Part shown: piece by piece, positions 16,433-26,362 of the stretch | Layout of the letters: every line of letters starts with the position of its first letter | Numbering within the stretch: position 1 is the first letter of the stretch | Source of the DNA: a virus | Reading direction: 5' to 3' (one strand) | Virus record (IMG/VR): IMGVR_UViG_3300034283_002790 | Coordinates: 123,385-187,384 of that record | Length of the DNA: 64,000 nucleotides | Program-made: the position numbers and the translations under genes | The notes under the pieces: model-generated | Told to the model about the DNA's origin: nothing | The model's input: only the letters and a program-made list of their open reading frames with translations | Databases searched by the model: none

Positions 16433-17236
16433 TCAAATAGAAATATCATCAAGTGAATTTGCTATTTTTTGGTAAATAGGTAAATAATCTTTGGGATCTT
16501 GAGTAAAACCAACTGGGGGTTCAACTAATGAAACTTCGTAATCAGTAAATTCTTGGTAATAATCCGAAACTTGGTTTTTATAATCGGTAATGCCTTGTAA
16601 AAATCCCCAACCATAAGATCCTTGAATCACATATAGTCTGGCGTTAGGGAAGACTCTTTCAAGTTCTTCAACTAAAAGATAAATTGGGTCGTTTAAATTA
16701 AACTCAAAATAAGATCCAACAGAAATAGCAACTTTTTTGACATTTTCATAAGATCCATCTATTTTTTTTAATGACTTCATCAACCATCTAACATCGGCAT
16801 CTGACTTCCAGAGATTCTTTTCTGAAGGATCAGAACCAATCAATCTGAAAAAATCTGACTCAATCGATATATAATAAACATGAAAATCACCAATTAAAAT
16901 ATTGTCCGGGGGTTTGACATCCTGAGTCGGTTTTTTTATTACCTTCGGCTCTTGTATTGGTTTTTGTTTAACTTTGACTGGTCTTGGTACAATTTGATCA
17001 ATCTTTGGTTTTTTTTCTGGTTCATCTTTTTTTTCTTTTACCTTTTTTAGTTCAGATTTGAGTTCATCAGATGTCAACGATCCACCATTAAATAAATCAA
17101 TCAGAGATTTGACCATTCCTAGTTGTGGGGATAAAGAAAATATAGAAAATCCACCCAGATTAAATTCTTTAAGTTGATCTTTTTTAATGGATTCAACAAT
17201 AATCTTAAATTGATTTTTAGTTAATTTGAGTTTCAT
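16433..17236 (-). CDS. Protein with a degenerate SGNH-hydrolase-like C-terminal domain
   Basis: NILIGDFH (GDS changed to GDF), VAISVGS block, Pro/Lys-rich linker; TATTTAT at 17243-17249. Confidence 0.45.
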   Translation of the reverse strand: MKLKLTKNQFKIIVESIKKDQLKEFNLGGFSIFSLSPQLGMVKSLIDLFNGGSLTSDELKSELKKVKEKKDEPEKKPKIDQIVPRPVKVKQKPIQEPKVIKKPTQDVKPPDNILIGDFHVYYISIESDFFRLIGSDPSEKNLWKSDADVRWLMKSLKKIDGSYENVKKVAISVGSYFEFNLNDPIYLLVEELERVFPNARLYVIQGSYGWGFLQGITDYKNQVSDYYQEFTDYEVSLVEPPVGFTQDPKDYLPIYQKIANSLDDISI

Positions 17237-17249
17237 TCAAATATAAATA

Positions 17250-17477
17250 TCACTTAAATGGAGATTTTGATTTAGTAAGTTGACCTCTTTGTCTTTTTTT
17301 TCGTGCCTGGCAATGTGCTTTTTGAGAGAATCCTTTAGGGTTATTACAATTTATTGACTTTTTGTATTTTTTTGACCAGGTTTCTTCAATATCATTTTCA
17401 AATAATAGATCATCGAAGATATGTATGTCTAATTCTAAAAGTTTGTGTTTTTGTAATTCACTAATAATCACTTTCAT
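17250..17477 (-). CDS. Small basic protein with a WSKKYKKSINCNNPKGFSQKAHC motif
   Basis: 75 aa ORF with a Cys/His motif. Confidence 0.65.
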   Translation of the reverse strand: MKVIISELQKHKLLELDIHIFDDLLFENDIEETWSKKYKKSINCNNPKGFSQKAHCQARKKRQRGQLTKSKSPFK

Positions 17478-18283
17478 TTAAATTCAAGTTCAGATACTTT
17501 AAGAGGACTAGAAAATAGTTCTACTGTACAATAATTATTTCCTTTTTGAGAAATTAAATTACTTTCCACAGTAATTTCTCCGTCATTTGGAAAATAAAGT
17601 ATTTGATTTTGATTATTTACAAATGCTAGGTAATTTACTAAAGATGTTGAATACCCATTTTCTGGAAATGACTTCAAGGATATTTTATAGGAATCGTTTT
17701 GAGTTTTGTGACCGAATATTTTTTTAACCTGAAGAGTTAACTTACCATTTGGATTTTTGAATATTAAATCAGTACCGTCTAACATATCTTTTTTTCCTCC
17801 GGGATAGAAGTTGAATTCTGTGTCTAATTTAAAAAAACTTTTTATATCGTGAAAAACACAAAATTCTTTCTCTGTACCTAATTCAATCATAGAGAAATTA
17901 ATATTGACTAGTTCTTTTAATTTATCACCTTTCTTATTTTCGATGATGAACTTTCTGATAAAGTCCAGAAAATTATGAGTCGTTTTAACTGGAAAATTAA
18001 TATCTTTATTAAAATGTTCTAATAACTTTTCTAAAACAGCATTGTTGGTTGAAAAAAAATTCAAAACGGACCAGTCTGACTTAGGAATTTTATATTTATT
18101 GGAGTATTCAGTAAAAGAGTGAAATAATAAAACACCTTCTTTTGTTGTGTAATTTAGTTCTTTATTTGTTATCGATCCCCAATATTTAGAATTACCAAAA
18201 AGATCTTTCAGCATTCGATGAAAATTCAAGCAGAAGTTTTCATCTTGTTTAATTTTTTTTAGATTTAACATTTTTTTCTTCAA
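17474..18283 (-). CDS. Possible PD-(D/E)xK nuclease-fold protein
   Basis: GGKKDMLDGTDLIF...TLQVKK resembles the D...D...QxK catalytic arrangement. Confidence 0.4.
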   Translation of the reverse strand: MKKKMLNLKKIKQDENFCLNFHRMLKDLFGNSKYWGSITNKELNYTTKEGVLLFHSFTEYSNKYKIPKSDWSVLNFFSTNNAVLEKLLEHFNKDINFPVKTTHNFLDFIRKFIIENKKGDKLKELVNINFSMIELGTEKEFCVFHDIKSFFKLDTEFNFYPGGKKDMLDGTDLIFKNPNGKLTLQVKKIFGHKTQNDSYKISLKSFPENGYSTSLVNYLAFVNNQNQILYFPNDGEITVESNLISQKGNNYCTVELFSSPLKVSELEFK

Positions 18284-18301
18284 ATGATACGAAAAAAAAA
18301 G

Positions 18302-19012
18302 TTATAGGTCAATATACTTTAAAAATTCTTCGGTCACGTCCAGGTCACGAATAGAATAATCATTAGTTGGGTTATACCAAGTGTGTGTAATTGTAACATC
18401 AATTTTGGATTTTTCATCCGCCTGTTCAACACTGATTTCACCCCGACTACCATCATCAATTTCCCAACCTGGATAAAGATTATTTAAAAAATGATAAAAT
18501 TCTTCTTCGATATAATCAAAACTTTTACTATTAATTCCAGAAAAGTCCGGTTCAAAATTTTCAATATATCCACTATCACCGTAACCATTATAAGTTGCAG
18601 AAATTCCATTAATATCTAGATCATGAAGTGCATGGTAAAACTCTAAGTTGTCAATTTCTTTGTTAAATTCCTGTTCTTCTTCTGTCAAATAATCTTCATT
18701 GAAAGAAAATAATATTTTTCCATCTGGAAATATTTCTAATGAAACCGATCCTCTTGGGTACTCAAAATCTGAAATTGAGTTATTATAAATGATGTCTTTA
18801 ACAAATGTGCTTTCTAAAAAACTATCAGAAATCTTTTCAACAAAGTTTTCAATATGGGGAATTGTTAAATCCACATGTTTTTCAGGGGTACTTATTGATA
18901 TATTAAGGTCGTCTATTTCCCATCCCAAATCCCAATAGGCTTGAGCCGAAACAGATTCGGCACCAGAGGCTTTTATAAAATTAATTAGTAAATTAAAATT
19001 ATTCATAATCAT
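18302..19012 (-). CDS. DUF6878-like protein, copy 2
   Basis: ATYNGYGDSGYIE...GWEIDDGSRG. Confidence 0.6.
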   Translation of the reverse strand: MIMNNFNLLINFIKASGAESVSAQAYWDLGWEIDDLNISISTPEKHVDLTIPHIENFVEKISDSFLESTFVKDIIYNNSISDFEYPRGSVSLEIFPDGKILFSFNEDYLTEEEQEFNKEIDNLEFYHALHDLDINGISATYNGYGDSGYIENFEPDFSGINSKSFDYIEEEFYHFLNNLYPGWEIDDGSRGEISVEQADEKSKIDVTITHTWYNPTNDYSIRDLDVTEEFLKYIDL

Positions 19013-19737
19013 TCAAATTTATTTAAAAAGTTTTCAGGGATCTCATAACCTTCAATGATAGTCATATCTTCTTCTGTATTCCAGGTGTGATTAATATCAA
19101 CATTACATGATTCAGAATTACTATCATAAACAATTTGTACATCACCTGAACTACCTTCATTAATTTCCCAACCGCCAAAATTTTCTAAACTTTCGTAGAC
19201 AAGATCCTCAATTATTGATTTTTCTGATTCTGATAAAGTTTCCCAACTAATTTTTTTATCAGAATCAATTTCGAATTCTTCCGCATAACCAGAATCTCCA
19301 CCCCCATTATATCTACATGTGAATTCTTTAATTTTATTTTTTTTGAAAATCTCAATTACATTTTCTCTTTCTATTTCAAATTCTTGGTAATCTTCAGATT
19401 CTCCGTAGTAATATTGATGATAATCTAGATATATTTTTTCATCAATTCCATCAAATTTGAATGTGATATAACCTCTTATATAATCACCGTAAGTATCTTC
19501 AACTGAATTATCATAAATAAGTTGTTGTATTTCCTCAGATTCCGAAAGTTCGTCACATATTTTTTCCATGAAATTTATAAAATTTTCAGGAAGAATTTCT
19601 TTTGAAAGATTGCGGTCATCAAAATAAAAATCAAAATGGTCAACGGAATCATCTAAAGAATACCATGCTCTAAGATAAATGTTTTCTAGTTTTGAAACTT
19701 TTAAAAAGAAAAAAATTTGTTTTAGTTCGTTATTCAT
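19009..19737 (-). CDS. DUF6878-like protein, copy 1
   Basis: CRYNGGGDSGYAE...GGWEINEGSSG; tandem paralog; TATTTAT at 19743-19749. Confidence 0.6.
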   Translation of the reverse strand: MNNELKQIFFFLKVSKLENIYLRAWYSLDDSVDHFDFYFDDRNLSKEILPENFINFMEKICDELSESEEIQQLIYDNSVEDTYGDYIRGYITFKFDGIDEKIYLDYHQYYYGESEDYQEFEIERENVIEIFKKNKIKEFTCRYNGGGDSGYAEEFEIDSDKKISWETLSESEKSIIEDLVYESLENFGGWEINEGSSGDVQIVYDSNSESCNVDINHTWNTEEDMTIIEGYEIPENFLNKFE

Positions 19738-19751
19738 ACTTAATAAATATA

Positions 19752-20105
19752 TTAATCGGTAAATTCTAAATTCATAGTTTTAATCATCCAGATTGGTTTT
19801 TCTCTTTTTTTCAAGGCATCAACCCAATCTTTTGCACTTGGTATTTGATTTGCACAGTCTTCTCTAACATGTTGTTCTCCAATATATCTCACATAAACCA
19901 ATTTACCGTCACTATTTAAAAATGAACTTCCAAAAATTTTTTCACATTCAAAAATACCTTCTGAATGATGCCTAAACAGTCTATGATCAGAATGTCCAAT
20001 CCAACCTTTAGTTTCATCAAACCAGTTGTGGATTTTGATATAATCTTCTTCTTTACCTCCAAATTTTTTAACAGAGGATTTTGCGTGTAATTCTGGATGT
20101 GCCAT
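19752..20105 (-). CDS. DUF6915-like His-rich protein
   Basis: MAHPELHAKSS...IHNWFDETK...HRLFRHHSEGIF...GEQHVREDC; -7 element TACTTTTG at 20124-20117. Confidence 0.7.
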   Translation of the reverse strand: MAHPELHAKSSVKKFGGKEEDYIKIHNWFDETKGWIGHSDHRLFRHHSEGIFECEKIFGSSFLNSDGKLVYVRYIGEQHVREDCANQIPSAKDWVDALKKREKPIWMIKTMNLEFTD

Positions 20106-20139
20106 ATTTTTTTTTTCAAAAGTACAATATTTATTTAAT

Positions 20140-21084
20140 ATGTACAATATTATTAAAAAAATTTTACTTGAAGAAACTCAAGATTCTTTTCTTACTAAGA
20201 ACGAAGTATTATTTTTCAAATTTCTGAATATTTTTAAACAAAGTAAACAAAGTTATACAACCAGACAGGAAATATTAAATTTAATTCGGGATCAAATAGG
20301 AAATTTTGGTCTTGATTCGAAAAAAGTAGACTACTATTATGACCTATATACCGCAAATTTTAGAGAGGATGGAAGGTATGATTTAATAACTCAAGATAAT
20401 TTAAAAAAGTTTTATGATAAAACAGTTCAAAAAAGAACAACAAATACAAATGCTAAGGATCTAGTCAATAATTTAAAACCATTTAGGGGATCTAATTTAA
20501 CCGCTAACTGGGAAGATGATAACTATGGTGACTGGGGTTACGTGGTTTTATCATATGACTGGTACCCAATTTACATTTATAAATACGGTAAATGGTTTGA
20601 AGTTGAATCGAAATATTCTATGTCAACTGCAAAACATATGAGTAACGTGTACCCAAGTGTGTCAAGGGGTGACATAATTAAGTTGAGTCAAAATGACATG
20701 GTTAAATTAAGAAAAGGTTGGAAAGACTTTTCGCAGGGTTTAGAATCCAAAAAACAAGATCTGCTTAATGATATAGAAAATATGATTCAATCTGGAGAAA
20801 TTATCAAAGTAAGAACAGGTTGGTATCCAAGATTGAGAATTTCATTTAAATATGAATCAGTCAATGAAAATAATGAAACTTTGAATTTAGATGTCAGAGT
20901 AACCAATGTTGAAAAAGTTATTGGTAATTCAATTGATAGGTCCTCTGGAGACTTCTTTATGAATCAAATGGAAGGGGTTACTCGTGATACCGTAAAGGAT
21001 TATTTGAAAGAAAAAATTAACGAAATTATAAAAACCACTTTGGGATTCAAAGTTAATATTAATTTAAATATTTCATTTGAATAA
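20140..21084 (+). CDS. Hypothetical protein with a leader-like start (MYNIIKKILLEE)
   Basis: 314 aa; TATTTAT at 20128-20134. Confidence 0.75.
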   Translation: MYNIIKKILLEETQDSFLTKNEVLFFKFLNIFKQSKQSYTTRQEILNLIRDQIGNFGLDSKKVDYYYDLYTANFREDGRYDLITQDNLKKFYDKTVQKRTTNTNAKDLVNNLKPFRGSNLTANWEDDNYGDWGYVVLSYDWYPIYIYKYGKWFEVESKYSMSTAKHMSNVYPSVSRGDIIKLSQNDMVKLRKGWKDFSQGLESKKQDLLNDIENMIQSGEIIKVRTGWYPRLRISFKYESVNENNETLNLDVRVTNVEKVIGNSIDRSSGDFFMNQMEGVTRDTVKDYLKEKINEIIKTTLGFKVNINLNISFE

Positions 21085-21107
21085 AAAAAAGGGACCTGAG
21101 TCCCTTT
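21083..21107 (-). terminator. Terminator between convergent genes
   Basis: AAAGGGAC-CTGA-GTCCCTTT with a flanking A/T tract. Confidence 0.75.
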
Positions 21108-21113
21108 AGTGAA

Positions 21114-21674
21114 TTAAGAAAGATACTTTAATTTATATAGTGTCGAAAATAATAATTCTTGGACGGTATCGATCTGGTTTTGAATAAAACTATCATCACA
21201 ACAATCTCTGTTTTCTTCGATCATCTCATTTAGACTTTCTAAATATTGAATTGTTGATTTAATGGATTTGAAACTTTGAATTTTAAAACTTTTGTAACTT
21301 TTTAAAAGTCCATACTTACCCTGGTAAGATTCAATAAGTCCATCTACCAATCCATCGATTCCCTCATAATAACCTTGAAGTGCTTTGTGAGCGGCATAAG
21401 ATCCGGATCCGGTTACACCTAAATGAAATACGTGAACTTGAGTTTGTGAATGAAGTAATTTACAAACCATCTCACAAAATTGTTCTTCGGTCCCATCATT
21501 AACAGACTGAAATTCATCTTTTTGATCCTCATCATTTGATTCTTCATCGTCTGAAGACTCATCATCAAAATTATCATCTGTATCGTCATCGTCAGTATCC
21601 AAATCTTCAATGTTTTGTTCGTATAGACCACGTTTTTTTAATTGGTCTAATACTTTTTGTGTTAATTTATCCAT
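21114..21674 (-). CDS. Ferritin/Dps-like protein (DUF5856) with an acidic N-terminal tract
   Basis: LLHSQTQVHVFHL...SYAAHKALQGYYEGIDGLVDGLIESYQGKYG...TLYKLKYLS. Confidence 0.75.
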   Translation of the reverse strand: MDKLTQKVLDQLKKRGLYEQNIEDLDTDDDDTDDNFDDESSDDEESNDEDQKDEFQSVNDGTEEQFCEMVCKLLHSQTQVHVFHLGVTGSGSYAAHKALQGYYEGIDGLVDGLIESYQGKYGLLKSYKSFKIQSFKSIKSTIQYLESLNEMIEENRDCCDDSFIQNQIDTVQELLFSTLYKLKYLS

Positions 21675-21720
21675 TTTCTTTTTTTTAAATAAATATTACA
21701 AGTCCAACAATTATTCAATA

Positions 21721-22413
21721 TTAGATAAAAACAATCTCATTTGTTACCGGGTTCCAATCCAAATTCCAGGGTAAATGTGCATAAGCATATCTTTCATTCA
21801 GAACAGATGCGTTGAAGAAGTGTGTGTGACCATTATAATAATGTCCGTAACCAGTATGAATATGTCCACAAATATGAATCTTGGGTTTAATTTGTTTGAT
21901 TCTTTCTGCCAACAATTCACATCCCAAATGTTCCCCTCTACGACCTTCAACATCATCTAAGAATCCCCAAGCAGGACCGTGAGTGATCAAGATATCAATA
22001 TCTTCAGGTATCATATCCCATTTTGTTTTTAACTCCTCACCATTTTTTGGTAAGTTAAACGCCCAATTATAAAACTCAGGTTGCCAAGGGCTTCCCCAAA
22101 TTTTAACTTCAGGTCCATCACCATCTTGTATGGTAATCAATTCATCTTGAATATACTCAACGGTTTTATACCCAGTAAGTATTCCTTTGATTTTCTCTAC
22201 GTTATTTTGAAATCCCCAGTCGTGGTTACCAGCAATAAATACTTTATGATCATAACTGTTTAACCTGTCAAGCCATTTAGCAAATTCTGTTATTTCATGT
22301 TCATAACCCATGGAACTTATGTCACCCGCATGAAGTAATAAATTCCCACCCGGTAAATCATCTGTAATTCTTTTGTGGTGATTGTGTGTATCAGATATAA
22401 TTGAGATTTTCAT
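21721..22413 (-). CDS. Calcineurin-like metallophosphoesterase
   Basis: ISDTH, HAGD, IAGNHD, THGP and CGHIH motifs. Confidence 0.9.
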   Translation of the reverse strand: MKISIISDTHNHHKRITDDLPGGNLLLHAGDISSMGYEHEITEFAKWLDRLNSYDHKVFIAGNHDWGFQNNVEKIKGILTGYKTVEYIQDELITIQDGDGPEVKIWGSPWQPEFYNWAFNLPKNGEELKTKWDMIPEDIDILITHGPAWGFLDDVEGRRGEHLGCELLAERIKQIKPKIHICGHIHTGYGHYYNGHTHFFNASVLNERYAYAHLPWNLDWNPVTNEIVFI

Positions 22414-22414
22414 T

Positions 22415-22810
22415 TTAATTTATTTTTATCCATTTATTGTCGTGATTATATTTGAAAGATCCAATATGTTCTAATTTCCATTCACTAGGTGAAATAAGTG
22501 AAAGAAATATTATACCTTTTTTATTATAGTACAAATGATAAACTTTACCAATGACTGGTTCGAAACTAAACTTTGCTTTATAAACCAAATCATTCCATCT
22601 ATATTCTTCGATTAACTTCTCATACTCTTTTTTCAGTTCCAAAAATTTATCCTCAAACTGTTGATTTACAGAAATTACCCTAGGTTCTTTCCAATGTTGT
22701 ATATCATTAACAACAATTGATGGTGCCCCAACATTACTTCCGTATGGAAGAATACCTGGATTATCAGAAACGTTATCGGGTTTTTTTGATTTAATAGTTT
22801 CCTCTTCCAC
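22415..22810 (-). CDS. DUF2452-like protein
   Basis: LPYGSNVGAPSI...FEPVIGKVYHLY...FLSLISPSEW; non-ATG start in the track. Confidence 0.55.
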   Translation of the reverse strand: MEEETIKSKKPDNVSDNPGILPYGSNVGAPSIVVNDIQHWKEPRVISVNQQFEDKFLELKKEYEKLIEEYRWNDLVYKAKFSFEPVIGKVYHLYYNKKGIIFLSLISPSEWKLEHIGSFKYNHDNKWIKIN

Positions 22811-22874
22811 AGTGAATCATTGTTTTTATTCTTTCATTTTCTAAAAATGTTAAGAATTCAAATATTTTTTTCAT
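22791..22874 (-). CDS. Very small ORF (27 aa) MKKIFEFLTFLENERIKTMIHCGRGNY
   Basis: Manual translation; first ATG after the promoter at 22906-22936. Confidence 0.4.
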   Translation of the reverse strand: MKKIFEFLTFLENERIKTMIHCGRGNY

Positions 22875-22905
22875 ATCTTAATTAAAACGTAGTTAATCGT
22901 TTATA

Positions 22906-22936
22906 CAAATTTAAGAAAAAAAAATATTATTTCAAA
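22906..22936 (-). promoter_or_regulatory. Bacteroidota sigma-A type promoter
   Basis: TTTG, N19, TAAATTTG. Confidence 0.65.
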
Positions 22937-22964
22937 GAGTCACTGGGAATAAAAAACAAAATTT

Positions 22965-23849
22965 TTATAAACTAAGCAACATGTCTATCAGTTCTTGCTG
23001 TGGAAACATGTCAGACTTGTCTTTTCTTGTATTGGTATGTGTCCACATACCTTTTATTTTACCATAATATGCATCACTGTTAAATTCAAAAGCATCAACT
23101 CCTTTTGACTTTATTTCAGAAATTAATCCTTTACGAATATCAATACCGTCTCTGTTTGCAATATATAAAATAAGATCTTTCAATACTAAAATTTGTTTGT
23201 CAGAATATCGATGCCAAGTTTTATAACCTCTGAATGATTTTTTTAATTCGACTACCTGTTTAGGATCAGCCTTTTGTCCGGTGTAAGTTAAACCATTTTT
23301 GATTGGTCCAAAGTTACAAGTTTCAATACCAACAGAATTTGTGTGCATATATTGGGAACCATTTTCACCCAAATGCCATCCATAACAACCTTCAGGAAAT
23401 GCTTGAACTATTGTTCCATCGTAAGTTGTGTTTCCATTAAAAACTGATTGTCCTCCTAATACAAATTCAGTTCCAACTCTTCCTCTTGTGTCGTTGTTCC
23501 ACATGGTTATAACTTGGTATGGGTTATTACCACCTGCGGTATGATGTAAAAACAAATATTCTTTTTTGGTTGGACCTTTCAGATATTCGTCTTTATCCAT
23601 GTACTTTTGGTCAATAATTAATTTTGGGGTTGTGGTTATTGTTTCGGACAGGTCTGTGGTAATACCAAATCCCATTACATTCCAGGTTTTTTCACCAACA
23701 ACACCATCTACAGTTAATTTATTTTCTTTCTGAAATTTTTTAACCGATTCTTCAGTTTTTGGTCCAAAATCACCATCTACTGTAATTTTTAAATACCTTT
23801 GGAGGTCTTCTACCTCTTTACCTTTTGATCCTAATTTTAATACTTTCAT
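22965..23849 (-). CDS. Endolysin: peptidoglycan-binding domain plus N-acetylmuramoyl-L-alanine amidase
   Basis: LKLGSKG.EV..LQ...VDGDFGPKT...VDGVVG PG-binding repeat; LHHTAG, GIETCN and HTN...K.D amidase_2 motifs. Confidence 0.9.
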   Translation of the reverse strand: MKVLKLGSKGKEVEDLQRYLKITVDGDFGPKTEESVKKFQKENKLTVDGVVGEKTWNVMGFGITTDLSETITTTPKLIIDQKYMDKDEYLKGPTKKEYLFLHHTAGGNNPYQVITMWNNDTRGRVGTEFVLGGQSVFNGNTTYDGTIVQAFPEGCYGWHLGENGSQYMHTNSVGIETCNFGPIKNGLTYTGQKADPKQVVELKKSFRGYKTWHRYSDKQILVLKDLILYIANRDGIDIRKGLISEIKSKGVDAFEFNSDAYYGKIKGMWTHTNTRKDKSDMFPQQELIDMLLSL

Positions 23850-23879
23850 CTTATTTTTATTGATAAATATAAGAGTACA

Positions 23880-24164
23880 TTATTTTTGATCAATCCACTC
23901 CCAACCCAATAATACTTTGGTAAAAAATCTTCTCAAACCATTTGGTTTTTTTTCAAAAAAAATATTAAACCCTCTTCCAACTCGATAATAACCAATTTGT
24001 TTGGGTTTTTTTATTACATTCTGGATAACTTCTCCGGAACGCATAAACATTTCATTAATTTCATCATTTGTATCAATTACTTTAATATCTTTATCAGTTC
24101 TTTTGGGTCTACGATAAACTTTTTTCTTTTCTACTTTTTCTGTTTTAATTTCTTTTTCTTTCAT
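23880..24164 (-). CDS. Hypothetical protein
   Basis: 94 aa ORF in operon. Confidence 0.55.
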   Translation of the reverse strand: MKEKEIKTEKVEKKKVYRRPKRTDKDIKVIDTNDEINEMFMRSGEVIQNVIKKPKQIGYYRVGRGFNIFFEKKPNGLRRFFTKVLLGWEWIDQK

Positions 24165-24170
24165 TTTTTT

Positions 24171-24365
24171 TTATTTATTTTCTTTTTTATAATCCATCCA
24201 ACTAATATAAAAACCAACACCAACTAATATATTCATAATGAATGATGCAATAATCTCTTGTATATCTTGATAGACGTTCATTGTTAGATGTACATGCCCA
24301 ACCATCCAAAATGGTATGGAAAGATTACCAGAAATCCATAGTAGTAGGTATTTTATAAACTTCAT
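24171..24365 (-). CDS. Small membrane protein
   Basis: Two hydrophobic segments. Confidence 0.6.
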   Translation of the reverse strand: MKFIKYLLLWISGNLSIPFWMVGHVHLTMNVYQDIQEIIASFIMNILVGVGFYISWMDYKKENK

Positions 24366-24595
24366 ACCTTTTCTAATTGATCTTCGTTGAATATGTGAAG
24401 AAGTCCGTATTCGTCCATCTCACCTACTACTCGAACATTACCTTCTACGGTTTGAAATACTGATACGATGGTGCAAGGAAACTTATATCCTTTAACTTTA
24501 ATTGCCTTGTCTCCTACTTGGAATTTTGTTTTGTTTTGTTGTGGGAAATCACCATCTGATAATTGTGGGTCATTCCAATCGTTTTGTTGGTTCAT
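24362..24595 (-). CDS. Small hypothetical protein
   Basis: 77 aa; ATGA coupling. Confidence 0.6.
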   Translation of the reverse strand: MNQQNDWNDPQLSDGDFPQQNKTKFQVGDKAIKVKGYKFPCTIVSVFQTVEGNVRVVGEMDEYGLLHIFNEDQLEKV

Positions 24596-24599
24596 AATT

Positions 24600-25637
24600 T
24601 TAATTTGAGAGTGGTATTTTTATACTTGGGTGTGATTGGTAATTTTTAAGTGTAAAATCACTAATAACATAAGATTCTATGGATGGTCTTGACCCTTCAT
24701 AATTTGGGAACGGATTAAGAGTTGGTAACTCAAATGGTTCTCTTGTTAATTGTTCTTTCACACCATCAATTTGATTTAGGTATATGTGACAATCTCCCAT
24801 ATTTGAAATCAATTCTTCAGGAACCATATTAACTTCTTTCGCCAATATAATTAGAAGTAATCCATAAGACGCTAAATTGAATGGTGTTCCTAATGGTACG
24901 TCCTGGCTTCTGCAATTATACATTAAAGAGATTGCTCTGGTTGGGATATTCCATTGATTAATTTCAGAATGAGATAAAGTGTCAGGTCCTCCCCCATTAT
25001 AGATTTTATTAAACACTTCTTGACTGACTAATGATCTTCTTTCTTCTAAACTCAACTCTCTTGTATAAACTTGAAATCCATAATGACAAGGTGGAAGAAC
25101 GGACGCTTCTAAATCCGCAGGATTCCACGCCGAAACCATTAGTCGTCTTGAATCAGGATTTGTTTTAAGGTCGTTGATTAGGTTTGTGATTTGGTCTATT
25201 TTACCAAAACCATGTTTATCTTCTAAAGAACCTGCACTCCATTGTCTCCATTGCTTACCATAGATAGGGCCCATATCAAACATTGAATCGTGAAAGTTAT
25301 GGTTACCATCTTTTACCTTTTGTTTAACTTCTTCAAGTGTATATGGTTTAGAACAAGTTGTTTTATAATGTTTTTCCCAATCACCATCCCAAATTGTACA
25401 ATTGTTTTCCCAAAGAAATCTAATATCACTATCACCACGAAGGAACCAGAGAAGTTCGGTTACCATCGTCTTCCACGCCATTTTTTTGGTTGTTAATACA
25501 GGAAACCCTTCACTCATATTATGACGGATTGTATAACCAAAAATAGATTTGGTTCCTCCATTTCTAGTTTCTTTTTTTACTCCATTATCCAAAATGTCTT
25601 GGAGTAAATCTTGGTATTGTTTATCGAGTGAATTCAT
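24600..25637 (-). CDS. thyA: Thymidylate synthase
   Basis: ELLWFLRG, GPIYGKQWR, SRRLMVSAWN, LPPCH, RSQDVPLGTPFN, GDCHIY. Confidence 0.97.
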   Translation of the reverse strand: MNSLDKQYQDLLQDILDNGVKKETRNGGTKSIFGYTIRHNMSEGFPVLTTKKMAWKTMVTELLWFLRGDSDIRFLWENNCTIWDGDWEKHYKTTCSKPYTLEEVKQKVKDGNHNFHDSMFDMGPIYGKQWRQWSAGSLEDKHGFGKIDQITNLINDLKTNPDSRRLMVSAWNPADLEASVLPPCHYGFQVYTRELSLEERRSLVSQEVFNKIYNGGGPDTLSHSEINQWNIPTRAISLMYNCRSQDVPLGTPFNLASYGLLLIILAKEVNMVPEELISNMGDCHIYLNQIDGVKEQLTREPFELPTLNPFPNYEGSRPSIESYVISDFTLKNYQSHPSIKIPLSN

Positions 25638-25882
25638 TATTGTTCTATTTTTTTAAATCTAAAAATTGGAGTTTCTTCAACTCCGTAGTCTTGAGTATCG
25701 ACTTGATCATTCCACTCGGAAAATGGTCTTGCGTATTGTGAACCAAATGAAAGTGATTTGTAAATTACAAGTGGTTCATTAGTTTCTGTATGATTACACA
25801 TGCAAATAACTTCATATTGACCACCTTTGTAATGTTGGTATTTTTCACCGGGTTTAGGATATGTCTTATTAAGATCACTCAT
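25637..25882 (-). CDS. DUF1653 family protein
   Basis: YQHYKGGQYEVI...HTETNEPLVIYKSL...YARP. Confidence 0.8.
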   Translation of the reverse strand: MSDLNKTYPKPGEKYQHYKGGQYEVICMCNHTETNEPLVIYKSLSFGSQYARPFSEWNDQVDTQDYGVEETPIFRFKKIEQ

Positions 25883-26196
25883 TTCACTATCGCATTTGAA
25901 AGTTGATTAATCAATCCCTGTAGTTCACCAAAACTATTAAATCTAATTGATGGTTCTGTATTGAAGACCTCAACATACCAACCGTTGTTTTGTCCTTCAA
26001 AACCTGTGCAGGATATAAAACCTAAACCACTAGCAATATCCAAAAAGTAATAGTAATCATCATCTTCATCCATATAGTTTTTTTCAAAACCAAGTAATTG
26101 TATTTCTCTTTCTGTCATCTTATTCTGATTTAAAGATTTCTTTCCAATATGATTCAAATGTCTGCCAATTTTCTTCAGCAATACCTTTACCTTCAA
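25879..26196 (-). CDS. Hypothetical protein (likely start MTEREIQ)
   Basis: ORF track. Confidence 0.55.
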   Translation of the reverse strand: MKVKVLLKKIGRHLNHIGKKSLNQNKMTEREIQLLGFEKNYMDEDDDYYYFLDIASGLGFISCTGFEGQNNGWYVEVFNTEPSIRFNSFGELQGLINQLSNAIVK

Positions 26197-26338
26197 ACCT
26201 ACCTGCCTGATGGGCTGTGTTCCATGTTGTAACTATCTGCTCTTTCTCCATTTCTTTGGCTTGTTTAGACATACTTATTGATATTCCACCAACTTTTTTA
26301 TACTGCTCAACCAACCACTCTACTGCTGTTTGTTTCAT
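26120..26338 (-). CDS. MKQTAVE-family small protein
   Basis: MKQTAVEWL...QAKEMEKEQI; paralog of 26363..26908. Confidence 0.7.
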   Translation of the reverse strand: MKQTAVEWLVEQYKKVGGISISMSKQAKEMEKEQIVTTWNTAHQAGRFEGKGIAEENWQTFESYWKEIFKSE

Positions 26339-26362
26339 CTTATTTATTTTTATTTTTTTGTA

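Noticed and set aside
16433-17236. Active SGNH esterase
   Set aside because: The catalytic GDS serine is replaced (GDF) and no clear DxxH is present, so it was kept only as a low-confidence fold guess.
24600-25637. Intron or intein in thyA
   Set aside because: The frame is continuous. The ~40-aa insertion before the RSQD motif has no intein or homing-endonuclease motifs.
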